Shown one piece after another: positions 61,384 to 64,000 of a stretch of 64,000 bases of DNA. The stretch is from Octopus bimaculoides. Lineage: Eukaryota. The DNA is taken from NCBI RefSeq assembly GCF_001194135.2, contig NC_068993.1:46035316-46099315 (forward strand). The letters run 5' to 3'. Both the position numbers and the translations under genes were made by a program. The notes beneath the pieces are model-generated. The model worked only from the letters and a program-made list of their open reading frames with translations, had not been told where the DNA came from and ran no database searches. Positions within the stretch are counted from its first letter, which is position 1. Each line of letters starts with the position of its first letter.

Positions 61384-63302
61384 AGGATAAGATCGATATT
61401 TAAAATGTCGATTTTATCAAGTGGCCAGCATGGGAATAAAAACCATGAAAGGTAACAATTATTTAAAATTATAATATAGGGTATCTAAGAGATACTGCCA
61501 TGCTGAAAATAGCAGTCAAATCTTGACTCTAAACCACAGTAAATGTTCATATAGCACAAAGAGCGAAGACAAAGAGATAAAATAAACTAGCAAAAATTAC
61601 TGGATAATTCCAGATCCCGGATTTCTGGCTTAGCATAAGAAATGCTTTGCCTCCACTGAATTCCGATCTGATTAAAATCAAACCGTCTTTTTATAAAGTT
61701 GTAGAAATTTGCCTGTTATACAGTTTTTACTTCGTTGAAAAAGCTCTTTCCCAAAGGTAACAAAGTTCATAAATTATTCAGCAGGAATAATAATCCACAT
61801 ATCATTTTGCAAGGAAAAATATTTTATTGCATAAACACTTATTTCAAAACAGAAGAGAAAGTATAGAGGAAATAACTGCACTTCTCATAATTTGAATCAT
61901 GACCCCTGCATCACGTATAAAAAAAAAAGTGATTTGTGTTTTACACCGCCTTAAGATATAAATCGTTTAAGAGCGGACAATATCAACATAGGTCTTATAG
62001 ATATTGTCAGGAAAAAGAAGATACACATCTAGCTTCTCACTTGGTTTAAAAAAGTACTATATATGTGGTATTATCGGCATTACATGCATTTTTTCCACAC
62101 CCTCTCAACTATACAACTGTGCAATATATATTTGACTTCCACATTAATAATGAACTGTGTAAACCAAGCCACGCTAAAAATGAACCGAAAATCAGAACTA
62201 ATATCGACCTGTTATATTATAAGACTTTGCTATATGCACTCATGGTGGCACATCAATGTCACATGTTACGCTACTATCGTACTTTTGCTTTGGCAATTAC
62301 GATGATGTACATCGAAGGCTGTTGTACTCAATATTCTTGGCTAATAGTTACCATTGCTTGTCTGTCTCCTCTCAACATGCTATCAATATTTTCCAAGGTG
62401 AAGATTAGGGCATATGCAGCTTGACATCAATATCGTCGCAAATGTTGGCGTCAAACCGTCAGGAAACCAGCACCTGCTATACGATGTCCAAAATTTCTTC
62501 CGTCCCACGATTCCACTGCACGACACTTGAGACTTTATTATCAGCTATGAAAAGATAAATGCTAACCTTTACATTGTCTGAACATAGAATTTAGATAGCA
62601 AGAACAAACGCAACATAGCCAGTCAGTTCTATAAGAATTATTCCGCTTCGTCAATTCATACTAACTGAAATACAATATAGTTTTAGTTTATAATATAGAA
62701 TATATATTCTTGTTATTGGAAGCTTAGATTCATTCTTTCTTACAAATTTCCCATTTTATATTGATGCGTTACAGACTTTGAATTTTTTCTGTGTGATTTA
62801 AGATTCAGTATCATTTGTTTATGTTTTAAACACACAACCACACTAAGTATTGTAGCAACAATAATTTAAAATTTGGTAGATCGTAACATCTATAGAACAT
62901 TATTGTTATTTTTCATGTTGCTTAACCCGACATTAGCTATGACAGACGAGACTTTTGATCAAACTCATCCGTAACACTAACGTATATCTAATCTGTCGTT
63001 ATATATCGTTCATTTTCTTTTCTTTGGTAGTGGGAGAGAATTTTTTAAGTCGGTAAACTGTGATTTGTAATATATTTAGCAGCTATTTTAGTGTAACTCT
63101 GCATGTAACTGCAAAGAAGCTTCCTCGCTAAAAGAAATAAGAAACTTTCTCCATTTATTACAGCTCTGTTATTGTCTCCTTAATTCATCAATGTTTTAAG
63201 GCAACAAATTTGATCAAATATATGTATACAATGTCTTGTCTAGCATTAGATTGATTGCCAATACGCAACTATGTAATCTAAACACGTAAAAGATACCTGA
63301 AG

Positions 63303-63337
<35 letters not shown>

Positions 63338-63676
63338 ACACACTTTCAATTTTCTCTTCGTAACTCGAAGCAGACATTCAGCTTTCTTTTCTTGTGTTGT
63401 TTGCTGTGATAACGAAATATTTTTTTCATGATATGTTTTGTATTAAAACTTATGATTTGTAGTATAAGTACAAGGTGACAATCCATTAACTGAATAGTGT
63501 TTACTTACCTCAGGTACCGAAAAAACAATGTCAGCTTTGGGCAGATTTCAATGGCAAAATGTAAAAGAACAGAAACAGATGCTACCCAATTCTCCAGCAC
63601 AACACCATTTTTATTCATGAAAATAAGAAATGAATGCGTTCCTCTATATACCAGTCTTCGTATAGATAATGGTCAT

Positions 63677-64000
<324 letters not shown>

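Noticed and set aside
62414-62530. Short ORF containing NFFRPTIP, reminiscent of GABA-B FFRT.P
   Set aside because: The surrounding residues do not match, it ends in a stop, and there is no phase-0 acceptor or donor pair.
63485-63560. Strong minus-strand donor (GAG|GTAAGT) at about 63505
   Set aside because: The only candidate exon is a few codons with no recognisable protein; isolated splice motifs are common by chance.

Overview
AT-rich, microsatellite-saturated eukaryotic scaffold with 16 N-gaps, almost all bounded by simple repeats. The repeat families and composition suggest an octopod cephalopod short-read assembly (inference). Only one host coding exon is supportable: a 138-nt phase 0-0 exon at 21940-22077 (+) from the Venus-flytrap domain of a GABA-B-type class C GPCR, most like the invertebrate GABA-B-R3 lineage. 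The rest is intronic or intergenic and dominated by mobile DNA. This includes three distinct families of restriction-like-endonuclease (R4/Dong-type) LINE 3' ends, lodged in (TAA)n or (TACA)n microsatellites, plus a 555-bp non-coding element sharing the (TAA)n niche. There are many tRNA-derived SINEs, an RTE-type 3' end with three C2H2-like fingers, and a CR1/L2-type fragment. DNA transposons include a full-length decayed pogo-superfamily DD35D element with a nested hAT-like MITE, mariner remnants, and a 672-bp fold-back element with a (TTAGGG)n core and 8-bp TSD. Three minimal type-I hammerhead-ribozyme-like motifs are present, two with a non-canonical core. Nearly all ORFs in the supplied track are microsatellite or N-gap artefacts. 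No prokaryote-type system such as CRISPR or an operon is supported.
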